Below, piece after piece: positions 20,021-29,111 of a stretch of DNA of 36,148 nucleotides. Positions within the stretch are counted from its first letter, which is position 1. Each line of letters starts with the position of its first letter. The notes under the pieces are model-generated. The model saw only the letters and a program-made list of their open reading frames with translations, was not told the origin of the DNA and did not search any database. A program made the translations under genes and the position numbers. The DNA is from a virus: the IMG/VR virus record IMGVR_UViG_3300045988_151421, positions 1 to 36,148 of that record. The stretch is one strand, 5' to 3'.

Positions 20021-20048
20021 AAAAAATAGACACATATGTGTGTGCCTT
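20021..20048 (-). terminator. Intra-operon hairpin between portal and scaffold genes
   Basis: Minus strand AGGCACA-CACATA-TGTGTCT followed by ATTTTTT. Confidence 0.55.
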
Positions 20049-20076
20049 TAATAACTTTACTAAATTATTGAGAAAC

Positions 20077-21783
20077 TTAATTTGAATTATATTGACTATC
20101 AATTCTTTGTTGTGCCTCTGCCATCTGCGAAGCTTGTGCATCTGGATCATTTTGCAAAAATTGATTTGCTCTTTGAGTCTGCATCTGCATTTGTGCCTGT
20201 ATTTGTGCTATATATTCTTGTTTTGCCTTTACTTTCTTTATCAGTTCTAGTAATTGTTGTTTCGGCATTGTACTATTATCTGGTAATGCCTCAACATAAG
20301 TTTCTAATTGACCTATTTTTTGTGGACTAAACCAACCACCCTTAAGCAGATTTTCCATGCTAAGCTCTTGTGCATATTTATCATATGCAGAAATTGGAGT
20401 TATATCAATTTTAACTGAAGCCTTTAGTTTTGTTAGTGCCTCTTCATTTACTTTTATAGGAGTTATAGTTTCTTCTCCAGTTATCTGATTTATACTTTTA
20501 TCCTGTAATATCAATCCATTAGGGTTGTATGTAATAATCATATCAAGCCAAATTAATGCTATTTGTTCTATAAAGTCTTTTAATGAAGCCATTTGTTCAA
20601 CAAGAGGTTGCTGTGATGCATTCTGAACTGCTAGTATTGCTTTACCAGATGCAGTTTCTGGATTTACTGCCCCAGTTGTAATATCTCCAGCACCTGCAAG
20701 TTCCCTTGTTGTTTTTATTAAATTATTTTGTAATAACTCGACATCTGAACTCATTTGCATAGGTTGTGTGATGGCAAACATTTTCTTTACATCTTCAACT
20801 TGTTTTCCTTTTACTTTAATAGTTCCTCCAACGGTATCAACAGCACTAGGGTTCTCTATTGCATCAACATTAACAATTTTTTGAGGATATGCGGTCTGTT
20901 TTGCCACCAAGGCTCTTCTCATTAGAGTTTTATTAACTTCTATCTGATTTGCAATTAAATTTCTAACTTCTCCTTCTCCTCTAGCCGAGCCTTCTTTATC
21001 TTCCCATAGCATATGGGCAATAGGATATCTCGTTAAACCACTATTTTCGTCTTTTATAATATCTAAATACCTTGTCGCCATAGTATAATATACTTTACCA
21101 TTATTCTTATAAAACTTAGTTATAATTGTAACCTTGTCATCAACTTCATACTTAGCTTGATCTCCAGCTTCTTCCCAAGTTTGGTTATCTCCAATTATTT
21201 TTTCTAGTTCTTCTTTTGGTACACCTTCTGATGCTGCAAGATTTCTCGCTTCAATTACAGACTTTCTTTGTCTAATTAAAATATATGGCTGAGTTTGAAT
21301 CTCACTATTATTCTCATCTCCATAGTAAATATCATTTTTGCTTATTTTTTCGGATATTGGCATTTTTTTATCATTATCATATCTCAAATACATTGGAGCT
21401 TCATCATTTATTGCAGCCTCTTTAGATATCTTTCTTATTTTGATATCCATTCTATCCTTTTCCCATATGTTAGCTGCCTTTAAATTTAGTAACTTACATA
21501 GTTGGCTTGCTGTGTCTCTAAAATCCTCTTCAAAATTATCTGGATTATATACAATCCCCCATAAGTTTTGATTAATTACAGCAACCTTATATTTAACCAC
21601 TGGTTTTATAAAATTAAGTTGTACTGGCTCTATACTCTTTATTTTAAGACCTTCCCATTGATTACCATTATACATTCTGTGATTTTTATCCGTATCAGAA
21701 TATACATTCATCATATATAGATACGACTTACCTCTTTGGTATAGCTGCCATACTTCCGTTTCTTTCAATTCCTTTAAATCCAT
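20077..21783 (-). CDS. Portal protein
   Basis: 568 aa; WQLYQRGKSYLYMMNVYSDTDKNHRMYNGNQW...PVVKYKVAVIN... Confidence 0.8.
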   Translation of the reverse strand: MDLKELKETEVWQLYQRGKSYLYMMNVYSDTDKNHRMYNGNQWEGLKIKSIEPVQLNFIKPVVKYKVAVINQNLWGIVYNPDNFEEDFRDTASQLCKLLNLKAANIWEKDRMDIKIRKISKEAAINDEAPMYLRYDNDKKMPISEKISKNDIYYGDENNSEIQTQPYILIRQRKSVIEARNLAASEGVPKEELEKIIGDNQTWEEAGDQAKYEVDDKVTIITKFYKNNGKVYYTMATRYLDIIKDENSGLTRYPIAHMLWEDKEGSARGEGEVRNLIANQIEVNKTLMRRALVAKQTAYPQKIVNVDAIENPSAVDTVGGTIKVKGKQVEDVKKMFAITQPMQMSSDVELLQNNLIKTTRELAGAGDITTGAVNPETASGKAILAVQNASQQPLVEQMASLKDFIEQIALIWLDMIITYNPNGLILQDKSINQITGEETITPIKVNEEALTKLKASVKIDITPISAYDKYAQELSMENLLKGGWFSPQKIGQLETYVEALPDNSTMPKQQLLELIKKVKAKQEYIAQIQAQMQMQTQRANQFLQNDPDAQASQMAEAQQRIDSQYNSN

Positions 21784-21800
21784 AACTTACTCCTTTAATG

Positions 21801-22043
21801 CTAAATATCTTTTTGTCCTATGCTTGTCCCATCATAGTGGTCTATGTTATATATTTCTGCTTTTTCTTGAGCTTCTTGTTCTTTTTTATATTCTCTTTCT
21901 ATAACTTTTTCTTTGTGTTCTTCTACTTTATCTTGCACATTTTCTATGTATCTTATTGGATTTAAATCTTCTTTATCATGTTTTCCTAAATAAAAAGCTA
22001 ACAGCATAAAAAAGCCATTAACTAACACTAACAACACTTCCAT
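21801..22043 (-). CDS. Small N-terminally membrane-anchored protein
   Basis: 80 aa; MEVLLVLVNGFFMLLAFYLGKHD then charged helix. Confidence 0.5.
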   Translation of the reverse strand: MEVLLVLVNGFFMLLAFYLGKHDKEDLNPIRYIENVQDKVEEHKEKVIEREYKKEQEAQEKAEIYNIDHYDGTSIGQKDI

Positions 22044-22063
22044 TGGCGTTCTCCTTCTTCATT

Positions 22064-23887
22064 TTATATAACTTCTATAGTCTCTCCATAATCTTCTTTA
22101 AACTTCTTATCATTGTCAAAACTATAAAATACATTTTCATTCACTACACTTTGAGTATTTTCTACCCTTGTTTTTTGTTGATCCCTTATGTAATATGTAA
22201 TAGCTGTTCCCATAACTAAATCATCATGGCTACCTTCTTGTGCTTCTGGTCTGCCTTTTTCATTCTTAACAAATGTAAGAGCCTCTTTAAATATTTCAAC
22301 ATCTGTTATCGACTCTGGCTCTTCATTTATTATTCTTTGCAATTCTGCAAGTATTAGTGGTCTTGTATTTCTATCGGTTCTAAATCCATACCTTTTCTCT
22401 AATTTGCCTGTATAATCATCTTCTTTTTCTCTTACATACAAATTAGGATATTCATATTCTTCCTCTAATACTTTATTCGGATACGTACTAAAATTAGTTT
22501 CTATTCCTATTAATGCAGTATTATAGTAAATTCCTAAACAATACATTTGCCTTGTATAAAATGTTTCGTCTTTTTCATGTTTCAATACCGCTACAGTCTT
22601 TCCATTAGTGTTATCTATCACAACACCAGTAAAATTATCTGAACCGTCTCCTGCAGTATCTCCACCTAGTACATATGGAACACCTTTATTAGGTTTCTTA
22701 TATATCTTTATAAATCCACCTTTATCACTAATCCATCGGATATTTATAATTTTCTTTTTGTTATTCTTTACAACCAAGTCATATTTAAAATATCCTACAT
22801 CTAGTATTCCATTGTTTTCTTGGTGTTCTAACTGATCAATTCGTTTTATTACTGTTTCTGTGTTAAAATAACATTTTCCAGAAGCAATAAAAGCTTCATC
22901 TGGCGTACAAGGATACTCTTGTTTAATTACTTCTTTATCTATATACCCTTGATATTTTTTATAGTACCAGTATAATTGATTTTCATCTAATACTTTTTCA
23001 TCTCTTAGCCATCTTAACCTGTCATATATCCATATACCTTTCTTTCTATCAATATCATTTAAGAACTTAGTCCTCATATTTTTGGTTTCAAAGTTCAATC
23101 TGTATTCTCTTGTTTTCCACCATTCAAAGAAACAATTTATATGCTGTCCTGATTTCCACATTTCTCTATAATCATTGAAACCATTTGCAGTAGTTTCATA
23201 TATTTTTATTGCATTTTGTGTAAATGTTTCTCCTAAAGACGCTTGTATCCTTGATATTCCATCTTTCCAAAACGCACATTCAGAGCCATGAAAGAAGTTG
23301 ATTGTCCTTGAACGACCAACTTCTTTAGTTGCAGTATCAACACTCCAACTACTATTTAATTTTTCAAACAATAACTGTCTCTTTGAGTTATATTTTTCAG
23401 TGGGCTTAATCATTTCTGGTAATCTATTATATATAAATTTAGCCTTATTTTGAAAAATAGCCTCTGTATTACTACTCTTGTCAGCTAGTGTTAAACCTTC
23501 AAAATTATGTCTCGTTATAGTAGCTGCTAATTGATACGCAGTTATTAATGTTGTAAAACCTTGTTGTCTTCCCTTTAATACTAGCAATGATATTGATGTA
23601 ATCAACCCTTGCTCGTAATCTTCTATGCCCTTATTCAGAATATTTATAAACTCATGTTGAACTTCATTCAGAAAAAAAGGAACTACCTTCTTTTCCTTAT
23701 CAACAACAGTAAAACATAGTTCTATTAATTTTTCTGGGTTATCAATTATCTCTTCCCTTAAAGTTTCATTATGTGTCAATTCATAAGCAACGCCTAAAAC
23801 AAACCTATCATCTTTTTTTATGTCATGATGGGTATCCCATTGAATCTTTCTTCTATCTATTAAAAAATCAGCTGTTATCTTAATCAT
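22064..23887 (-). CDS. Terminase large subunit
   Basis: 607 aa; VLKGRQQGFTTLITAYQL (Walker A-like), VLGGDTAGDGSDNFTGVVIDN nuclease motif, SHDDLVMGTAI. Confidence 0.9.
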   Translation of the reverse strand: MIKITADFLIDRRKIQWDTHHDIKKDDRFVLGVAYELTHNETLREEIIDNPEKLIELCFTVVDKEKKVVPFFLNEVQHEFINILNKGIEDYEQGLITSISLLVLKGRQQGFTTLITAYQLAATITRHNFEGLTLADKSSNTEAIFQNKAKFIYNRLPEMIKPTEKYNSKRQLLFEKLNSSWSVDTATKEVGRSRTINFFHGSECAFWKDGISRIQASLGETFTQNAIKIYETTANGFNDYREMWKSGQHINCFFEWWKTREYRLNFETKNMRTKFLNDIDRKKGIWIYDRLRWLRDEKVLDENQLYWYYKKYQGYIDKEVIKQEYPCTPDEAFIASGKCYFNTETVIKRIDQLEHQENNGILDVGYFKYDLVVKNNKKKIINIRWISDKGGFIKIYKKPNKGVPYVLGGDTAGDGSDNFTGVVIDNTNGKTVAVLKHEKDETFYTRQMYCLGIYYNTALIGIETNFSTYPNKVLEEEYEYPNLYVREKEDDYTGKLEKRYGFRTDRNTRPLILAELQRIINEEPESITDVEIFKEALTFVKNEKGRPEAQEGSHDDLVMGTAITYYIRDQQKTRVENTQSVVNENVFYSFDNDKKFKEDYGETIEVI

Positions 23888-24312
23888 AATACATCTTCTA
23901 ATTTTACAACCTTTTCAGTTATCTCCCCAGATAAGTTTACGTCTTGCTTACTAGACCACCCAAAATTATTCTCTAAAATAAATTTAGCTCCAGACGTTTT
24001 TCCTGAATCATATAAAGATTTTTCTGCGTATTCTTCAACTCGTTGTTTGGCAACCTTGATTATTTCTGCATATTCAGTATCACCATATAATTTTTCGTAT
24101 CTTCTTAATGTTTCGGTAGACAATCCTAAATATATGGCTAGTCCAGATATGGTATATGGCCTATGTTCTTGAAAAGCCATACCAAAATATTCTTCTACTC
24201 TAGCTTGCAACTCATCTGGTGTCTTATATTTACATCTAGAATTAGCTTGTAAATATTCTTGTTTTAGTTTTTCTTCTCCAATATTCTCATTATAAAACTG
24301 CACATTAAACAC
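23884..24312 (-). CDS. Terminase small subunit (GTG start)
   Basis: 142 aa with HTH, ISGLAIYLGLSTETLRRYE, KFILENNFGWSSKQDVNLSG. Confidence 0.8.
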   Translation of the reverse strand: MFNVQFYNENIGEEKLKQEYLQANSRCKYKTPDELQARVEEYFGMAFQEHRPYTISGLAIYLGLSTETLRRYEKLYGDTEYAEIIKVAKQRVEEYAEKSLYDSGKTSGAKFILENNFGWSSKQDVNLSGEITEKVVKLEDVL

Positions 24313-24462
24313 CTACTTTTTATTTACACTATTTGCTTTTATATTTGCCACTTTGTTATGTATTTTTTCATAGTTTATTTCTTCTTTTTCACATCTACTG
24401 TTATATTTGCATTGTTCACATCTATATTTCATACAATTAAAAAAATCAAACTTTTCTTTCAT
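24313..24462 (-). CDS. 49-aa Cys-rich small protein
   Basis: MKEKFDFFNCMKYRCEQCKYNSRCEKEEINYEKIHNKVANIKANSVNKK*; stop abuts the GTG start of the terminase small subunit gene. Confidence 0.45.
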   Translation of the reverse strand: MKEKFDFFNCMKYRCEQCKYNSRCEKEEINYEKIHNKVANIKANSVNKK

Positions 24463-24809
24463 AACTTGACTATCTGTTGTAATTAAACAAATTACAGCAA
24501 CTCCTCATTCGTATTTTTACATACACTAAGCAATGATATAATTATAAAATATATACTTATTAATATTCAGAGATGTCTAACATCTTTACTTTCTATTAAC
24601 TCGCATTTTATGTTATATCACTGCTTACTATATAAAGTAGTACATTTTAGCCTACTACCTTAAAAGCTTAGTACATTTCTATTTATATTTTCTAATGCAC
24701 AAAAGGGTAAAGCTTAAACTAGAATCGCCTTACATTTTATATGAATTACCAAAGGATAAATAAGGATTTTGGAATTATTTATATTAATTTATCTAGTATC
24801 CGTTAATAA

Positions 24810-25067
24810 CTAATTTTCAACTATTTTCCAATCTTCTGCCAACATATCAGCTTGACTTGCTAGCCAGCCTAATTGAACACCTGATGTTCCAACAAATGCT
24901 ATTGCTTTATTTCCTATTGCATCATGCTCTACATTCACTATTTCATTATTAGCATTTTTATAACTTATATTGTTTGCTAATTCTATATATTGATTTTTAC
25001 CATTCCACCCTTGTCTTTGTACTCTTTTGCCTACTTTTAATAATTGTATTGCTCTACCAAAATCCAT
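24810..25067 (-). CDS. DUF2829 / Tad2-like putative anti-Thoeris protein
   Basis: MDFGRAIQLLKVGKRVQRQGWNGKNQYIEL...QLGWLASQADMLAEDWKIVE carries the GWNG and WLASQADMLAEDW motifs. Confidence 0.8.
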   Translation of the reverse strand: MDFGRAIQLLKVGKRVQRQGWNGKNQYIELANNISYKNANNEIVNVEHDAIGNKAIAFVGTSGVQLGWLASQADMLAEDWKIVEN

Positions 25068-25337
25068 TTAATTTTTCTCCTCTAACTTGATGCATTTATT
25101 TTCAAACTTCTTATATGCATCAAAATATAATTCTTTTTTATCTCCGTTATATGTTAGTTCGTAATACATACCGTCAAACAATGTTGTACTTAACAACGCT
25201 TTATGATTTTGTAATGTTTTACAATACCAAACATCAAATACTTCAAATTCCGGTATATCATCGCTTTTGTCTAAATGCTCTATTGCATACTGTTTTACTA
25301 TTTCTTTGCATTTCTCAATAAATTCTTTACTTCCCAT
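25068..25337 (-). CDS. DUF6275-like protein
   Basis: VFDVWYCKTLQNHKALLSTTLFDGMYYELTYNGDKKELYFDAYKKFEN. Confidence 0.6.
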   Translation of the reverse strand: MGSKEFIEKCKEIVKQYAIEHLDKSDDIPEFEVFDVWYCKTLQNHKALLSTTLFDGMYYELTYNGDKKELYFDAYKKFENKCIKLEEKN

Positions 25338-25365
25338 AATTTCACCTTCTTTCTTGCAAAATAAT

Positions 25366-25389
25366 AGAGCCTATCATTTGATAAGCTCT
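25366..25389 (-). terminator. Hairpin downstream of the 195-aa gene
   Basis: Minus strand AGAGCTTATC-AAAT-GATAGGCTCT, 10 bp with one G.U, followed by ATTATTTT. Confidence 0.7.
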
Positions 25390-25393
25390 TTGT

Positions 25394-25981
25394 TTAGGAT
25401 ATTCTTCCCATAACTCTAAAACCAAGATTAATATTTTCTGTTTTTAAATTTTTTAATCTAAAAACCTTAGAATCAATCTCTGGAATATCTAAACTTTCAT
25501 TTGTTTTGTTTGCAATATCTTTAATTTTATACCTTTCTAAAATATATAATGCCGATAATGCATATAAAACATTTTCTAGATTTCCGTTTTTATATTTTAC
25601 CACTCTTTCATGTTTAACGTCATTATAACTTTTCCACCATTGAGGCGAATTTTCTTCATCCCATTGATTAAATGGCTTTATATTAATCTTTTTGTAGATG
25701 TATATAGTTTCTTCATTTATTATATTTTTAAAAAATGGGTTCTCCATAATCTTATCATAATAGTCTGAAATCTTTTTAAAATCTTGCTGATTAAATTCAC
25801 ATATTTCTTTCATTACTGTATCTATTTCTGCACATATACTTTGTAATAAGCCTATATATTCTATAGAAAAAGTTTGATAATTATTTTCATCGACCTCAAC
25901 ATACTGCGTGGTATTTATAAACCTATTTTCTAAATTAAGATAATAATTCCAAAATGAATTTATAAATTCTTTTCTTTCCAT
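25394..25981 (-). CDS. Uncharacterised protein, possible HEPN-like fold
   Basis: 195 aa helical; SPQWWKSYNDVKHERVVKYKNGNLENVLYALSALYILERY motif; strong RBS AAAGGAGG. Confidence 0.5.
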   Translation of the reverse strand: MERKEFINSFWNYYLNLENRFINTTQYVEVDENNYQTFSIEYIGLLQSICAEIDTVMKEICEFNQQDFKKISDYYDKIMENPFFKNIINEETIYIYKKINIKPFNQWDEENSPQWWKSYNDVKHERVVKYKNGNLENVLYALSALYILERYKIKDIANKTNESLDIPEIDSKVFRLKNLKTENINLGFRVMGRIS

Positions 25982-26050
25982 ATAACTTCCTCCTTTCTAT
26001 GAGGAAAGTATATCACAAGATAATTGAAAATGTTGTCGAAATACGTCGAA

Positions 26051-26073
26051 AGAGCCAACTTTTTGTTAGCTCT
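26051..26073. terminator. Hairpin upstream of the 195-aa gene
   Basis: Minus strand AGAGCTAAC-AAAAA-GTTGGCTCT; + strand followed by TTTCTGTTT. Confidence 0.5.
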
Positions 26074-26131
26074 TTTCTGTTTATATAGTCTTACCTATCT
26101 ATCCACGCTACTATTATAACACGTTTTTTTA

Positions 26132-26554
26132 CTAAAATTCCGCCAATTTTCCGCCAATTTTTTTTAACTCTTTATGTACTGTATAAATTAAGCTTTGGTT
26201 TCTTCTCTCAAATGTCCTTTCAGACATTCCAGAATTGATTATTTCCCACTTTGTTTTGCTCTTAATATACATTTCTTCAAATATGTATTTACTGTCTTTA
26301 TTGACTAATTGCAAGGCTTGTACAACTGCTTTATATTCTTTTATTGCTTTCTGTAACTCTTCATCTTTTTCCATTTTTAAAATACTGCTAAGAACTTTAT
26401 TTGATGTTCCATACGGTGCCTTAGGCAATCCATCAATTACTGGCGAACCTATGCTCATTATATCTGACTTGATATTTATTATCTTTATGCAGTTGTAATT
26501 ATATCTCTTTAAACAATCTTTTGCTTCTTTGTATTCTTCTTTACTAAGCTTCAT
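26132..26554 (-). CDS. ArpU/RinA-like late transcriptional regulator
   Basis: 140 aa; SIGSPVIDGLPKAPYGTSNKV and C-terminal region-4-like EIINSGMSERTFERRNQSLIYTVHKEL. Confidence 0.5.
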   Translation of the reverse strand: MKLSKEEYKEAKDCLKRYNYNCIKIINIKSDIMSIGSPVIDGLPKAPYGTSNKVLSSILKMEKDEELQKAIKEYKAVVQALQLVNKDSKYIFEEMYIKSKTKWEIINSGMSERTFERRNQSLIYTVHKELKKIGGKLAEF

Positions 26555-26570
26555 TTGTACCTCCTACAAT

Positions 26571-26765
26571 TTATATCTTTACATTCTCTGGATGCACTGT
26601 TAGTTTTGGTGATTCAATCTGCTGTTTTAATACTCCTAATTGATACAGACTAAACGTTTCCTTGTATCCGCACTTTTTATTTTGATATAAAAACGTTGTT
26701 GCATTGTTTCTTTTTACGAACTCATATTCTTGTTTATTCTTTATTATTGTTTTAGGTATCTTCAT
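26571..26765 (-). CDS. Small phage protein of unknown function
   Basis: 64-aa ORF in the early operon. Confidence 0.5.
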   Translation of the reverse strand: MKIPKTIIKNKQEYEFVKRNNATTFLYQNKKCGYKETFSLYQLGVLKQQIESPKLTVHPENVKI

Positions 26766-26822
26766 ATGTTTTCCTCTTTCTTTTTACAAATTCAATAGCT
26801 TTCTTTTATTTCTCGTTCATTT

Positions 26823-27233
26823 TTATTCCTCACTTTCTCTTAACATTTGTTTAAGTATTTTTACTTGTGCTAAATTTTCAAGATATACAGTATTACAATT
26901 TTCTCCACCATTACTATATTGTTTTTTTATGCGATAAATATTCTCTTCTAATTCTTTGATAACTTCTTTTATTTTTTGTTTTGATATATATTTTTTATTT
27001 ACTATTTCTTTATTTTCTATTTGTATATTTCTAACTCTTTCATATGTTATTTTAGATTTTTTCAACTCATCATTCTCTTTTAATACTTCCTGATAAGCTG
27101 ATAAAAGATGTTGTATAGCTTGATAACTTATGTCTCCTACAATTTGTTCATTATATTCTGAGTAATCTACATCTGTTTTTAATATAAAATCTTCAATTAT
27201 TTTTATATCTTCTTCTATACTATTTCCTTTCAC
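26823..27233 (-). CDS. Coiled-coil protein of unknown function
   Basis: 136-aa ORF with helical charged sequence. Confidence 0.55.
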   Translation of the reverse strand: MKGNSIEEDIKIIEDFILKTDVDYSEYNEQIVGDISYQAIQHLLSAYQEVLKENDELKKSKITYERVRNIQIENKEIVNKKYISKQKIKEVIKELEENIYRIKKQYSNGGENCNTVYLENLAQVKILKQMLRESEE

Positions 27234-27244
27234 TAGAACACCTC

Positions 27245-28483
27245 CTAATTTTTTGCTTTAAAATTATAGATTGGTTTTATTATTTTTTTAATCTCCACTG
27301 TGTCTTGTATATTCTCTATTATTTCTTGCATAGATTTATACACAAACGGAGCTTCATCTATCGTTTCTTCTACAACTGATGTTGTATATATACCTTCCAT
27401 AGCTTTTTTAAATTTTTCTAGTTCGAACGTTTTTTTTGCTTTCATTCTTGACATTATTCTTCCTGCTCCATGTGGTGCGGATTGATTCCAGTCCTTATTT
27501 CCTTTCCCTGCCGCTATAATACTTCCATCTCTCATATTTATTGGTATTAGAACTTTTTCGCCTTTTTTAGCTGATATAGCTCCTTTCCTCACTATATTAT
27601 CTTCAAAAGATATATAATTGTGTATTGTTTCAAATCTATTGTTCATAATAGGTGGATAATCTATTTCTGGAACATATGTTAATTGAAAATAGTTCATTAA
27701 AATTTCTTTTGCTATTTGCAATCTGTTCAATCTTGCATATTCTTGACATATTTTCATATCATGTAAATACATTTCTCTATATTTTCCTTCTAAATAGCAT
27801 AAATCTTTTGGCAAATTAGGTTTATTGTTTTTATATTCTTTCTCTAATTCTTTTAATGCTTTTTGTATTTCTGATTTTTTCCCTTGTTGTTTATATTCAT
27901 TAATTAATTTTTCTTTTTTATAAAAATATTCTTCTTTTCCAGAACATAATTCTATTGCTAAGTTTTGATAATAGTCAGCTACTTGTTTGCCTAAATTTCT
28001 ACTTCCTGTGTGTATTACTAAATATTTGTTACCTTCGTCATCTATATCAACTTCTATAAAATGATTTCCACCACCTAATGTTCCTAATGCTTTAGCAAAT
28101 TTTTTACTTTCTTTTAATTCTCTCAAACAATACAATTCTTTTATTTTTTCAAAATCCATTATTTTTTGTTCTCTTATATTTCTTCCTGCTGGTATATATT
28201 CATTTATTATATAGTCTAGTTTCCCTAAATCTAAATTGATATTACCTAATTCTACACATAGCATTCCACAGCCTATATCTACTCCAACAATGTTTGGTAT
28301 AACTTTATTTCCTAAATCGGCTGTAAAACCTATTACACAGCCTTTTCCAGCATGTACATCTGGCATTATTCTTACTTTACAGTCTTTAAATGGTTCTTGC
28401 TCTAATAATTCATCTATTTGTTTTATTGCTTCTTCTTCAATATTTTTAGTGAATATTTTTAAATCTCTATTAGCCGTTTTCAC
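27245..28483 (-). CDS. rtcB: RtcB-family RNA-splicing ligase
   Basis: MPDVHAGKGCVIG, VGVDIGCGM, TLGGGNHFIEV, HTGSRNLG, SAPHGAGRIMSR. Confidence 0.93.
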   Translation of the reverse strand: MKTANRDLKIFTKNIEEEAIKQIDELLEQEPFKDCKVRIMPDVHAGKGCVIGFTADLGNKVIPNIVGVDIGCGMLCVELGNINLDLGKLDYIINEYIPAGRNIREQKIMDFEKIKELYCLRELKESKKFAKALGTLGGGNHFIEVDIDDEGNKYLVIHTGSRNLGKQVADYYQNLAIELCSGKEEYFYKKEKLINEYKQQGKKSEIQKALKELEKEYKNNKPNLPKDLCYLEGKYREMYLHDMKICQEYARLNRLQIAKEILMNYFQLTYVPEIDYPPIMNNRFETIHNYISFEDNIVRKGAISAKKGEKVLIPINMRDGSIIAAGKGNKDWNQSAPHGAGRIMSRMKAKKTFELEKFKKAMEGIYTTSVVEETIDEAPFVYKSMQEIIENIQDTVEIKKIIKPIYNFKAKN

Positions 28484-28749
28484 TAGGTATCACTCCTCTC
28501 CTTGAAAATTTTAGACGTTCTATTTCTTAAACCATCATATACAGTTTTTCTTCCTTTTTTTAAATCTCGCATAACTTCATCTGCTCTGTAAACGTTTTCT
28601 GGGCATTCTCTACACTCATCTATTAATTCCTCTGTACGTTGGTCTATATATCCATAACAAAAGTATCTAGGCTTGCCTTCAAAAACAAATTCTACACTTG
28701 TTTTACCCCTATCTTTTATATCTTGTCTTAATTTAGCTTTGCAACTCAT
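28483..28749 (-). CDS. Phage hypothetical protein with Cys residues
   Basis: 88 aa; CYGYIDQRTEELIDECRECPENVYRADE. Confidence 0.55.
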   Translation of the reverse strand: MSCKAKLRQDIKDRGKTSVEFVFEGKPRYFCYGYIDQRTEELIDECRECPENVYRADEVMRDLKKGRKTVYDGLRNRTSKIFKERSDT

Positions 28750-28756
28750 ATCTTAT

Positions 28757-28972
28757 TCACTCCTTTACCAATTTTTTGCCACACATCGGGCAATAATTTA
28801 TTTGAAAGAACTGACTTGGCTTATATCCATCATTATCTTGTCCTTCTATTTCAACATATAACATATATCCCCAAGACTTTTTTTTATTAATAATTTCCAT
28901 ATGCGTTTCTTCTTCATTGTCTATATCTAATATTTCTTTATTATTTATTATCTTTTCACAGTATTCACACAT
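28757..28972 (-). CDS. Small zinc-binding-like phage protein
   Basis: 71 aa; CEYCEKI...INYCPMCGKKL. Confidence 0.6.
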   Translation of the reverse strand: MCEYCEKIINNKEILDIDNEEETHMEIINKKKSWGYMLYVEIEGQDNDGYKPSQFFQINYCPMCGKKLVKE

Positions 28973-29111
28973 ATCTATTCTCCTTTTTCATAACTAATCA
29001 CAAAACACAACCATTTATATATAGGAGGATTACATTTTAATGTTAATCTTCTGGGAATAATATAGTAGTACCACTGGCTGTGATAATATTTCGCTCTATG
29101 GAATCCTATCT

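Noticed and set aside
24810-25067. Retron, TA or other complete defence system near the Tad2-like gene
   Set aside because: No reverse transcriptase, TIR/SIR2, nuclease or toxin-antitoxin pair is recognisable; only a possible HEPN-like single gene remains, reported with low confidence.
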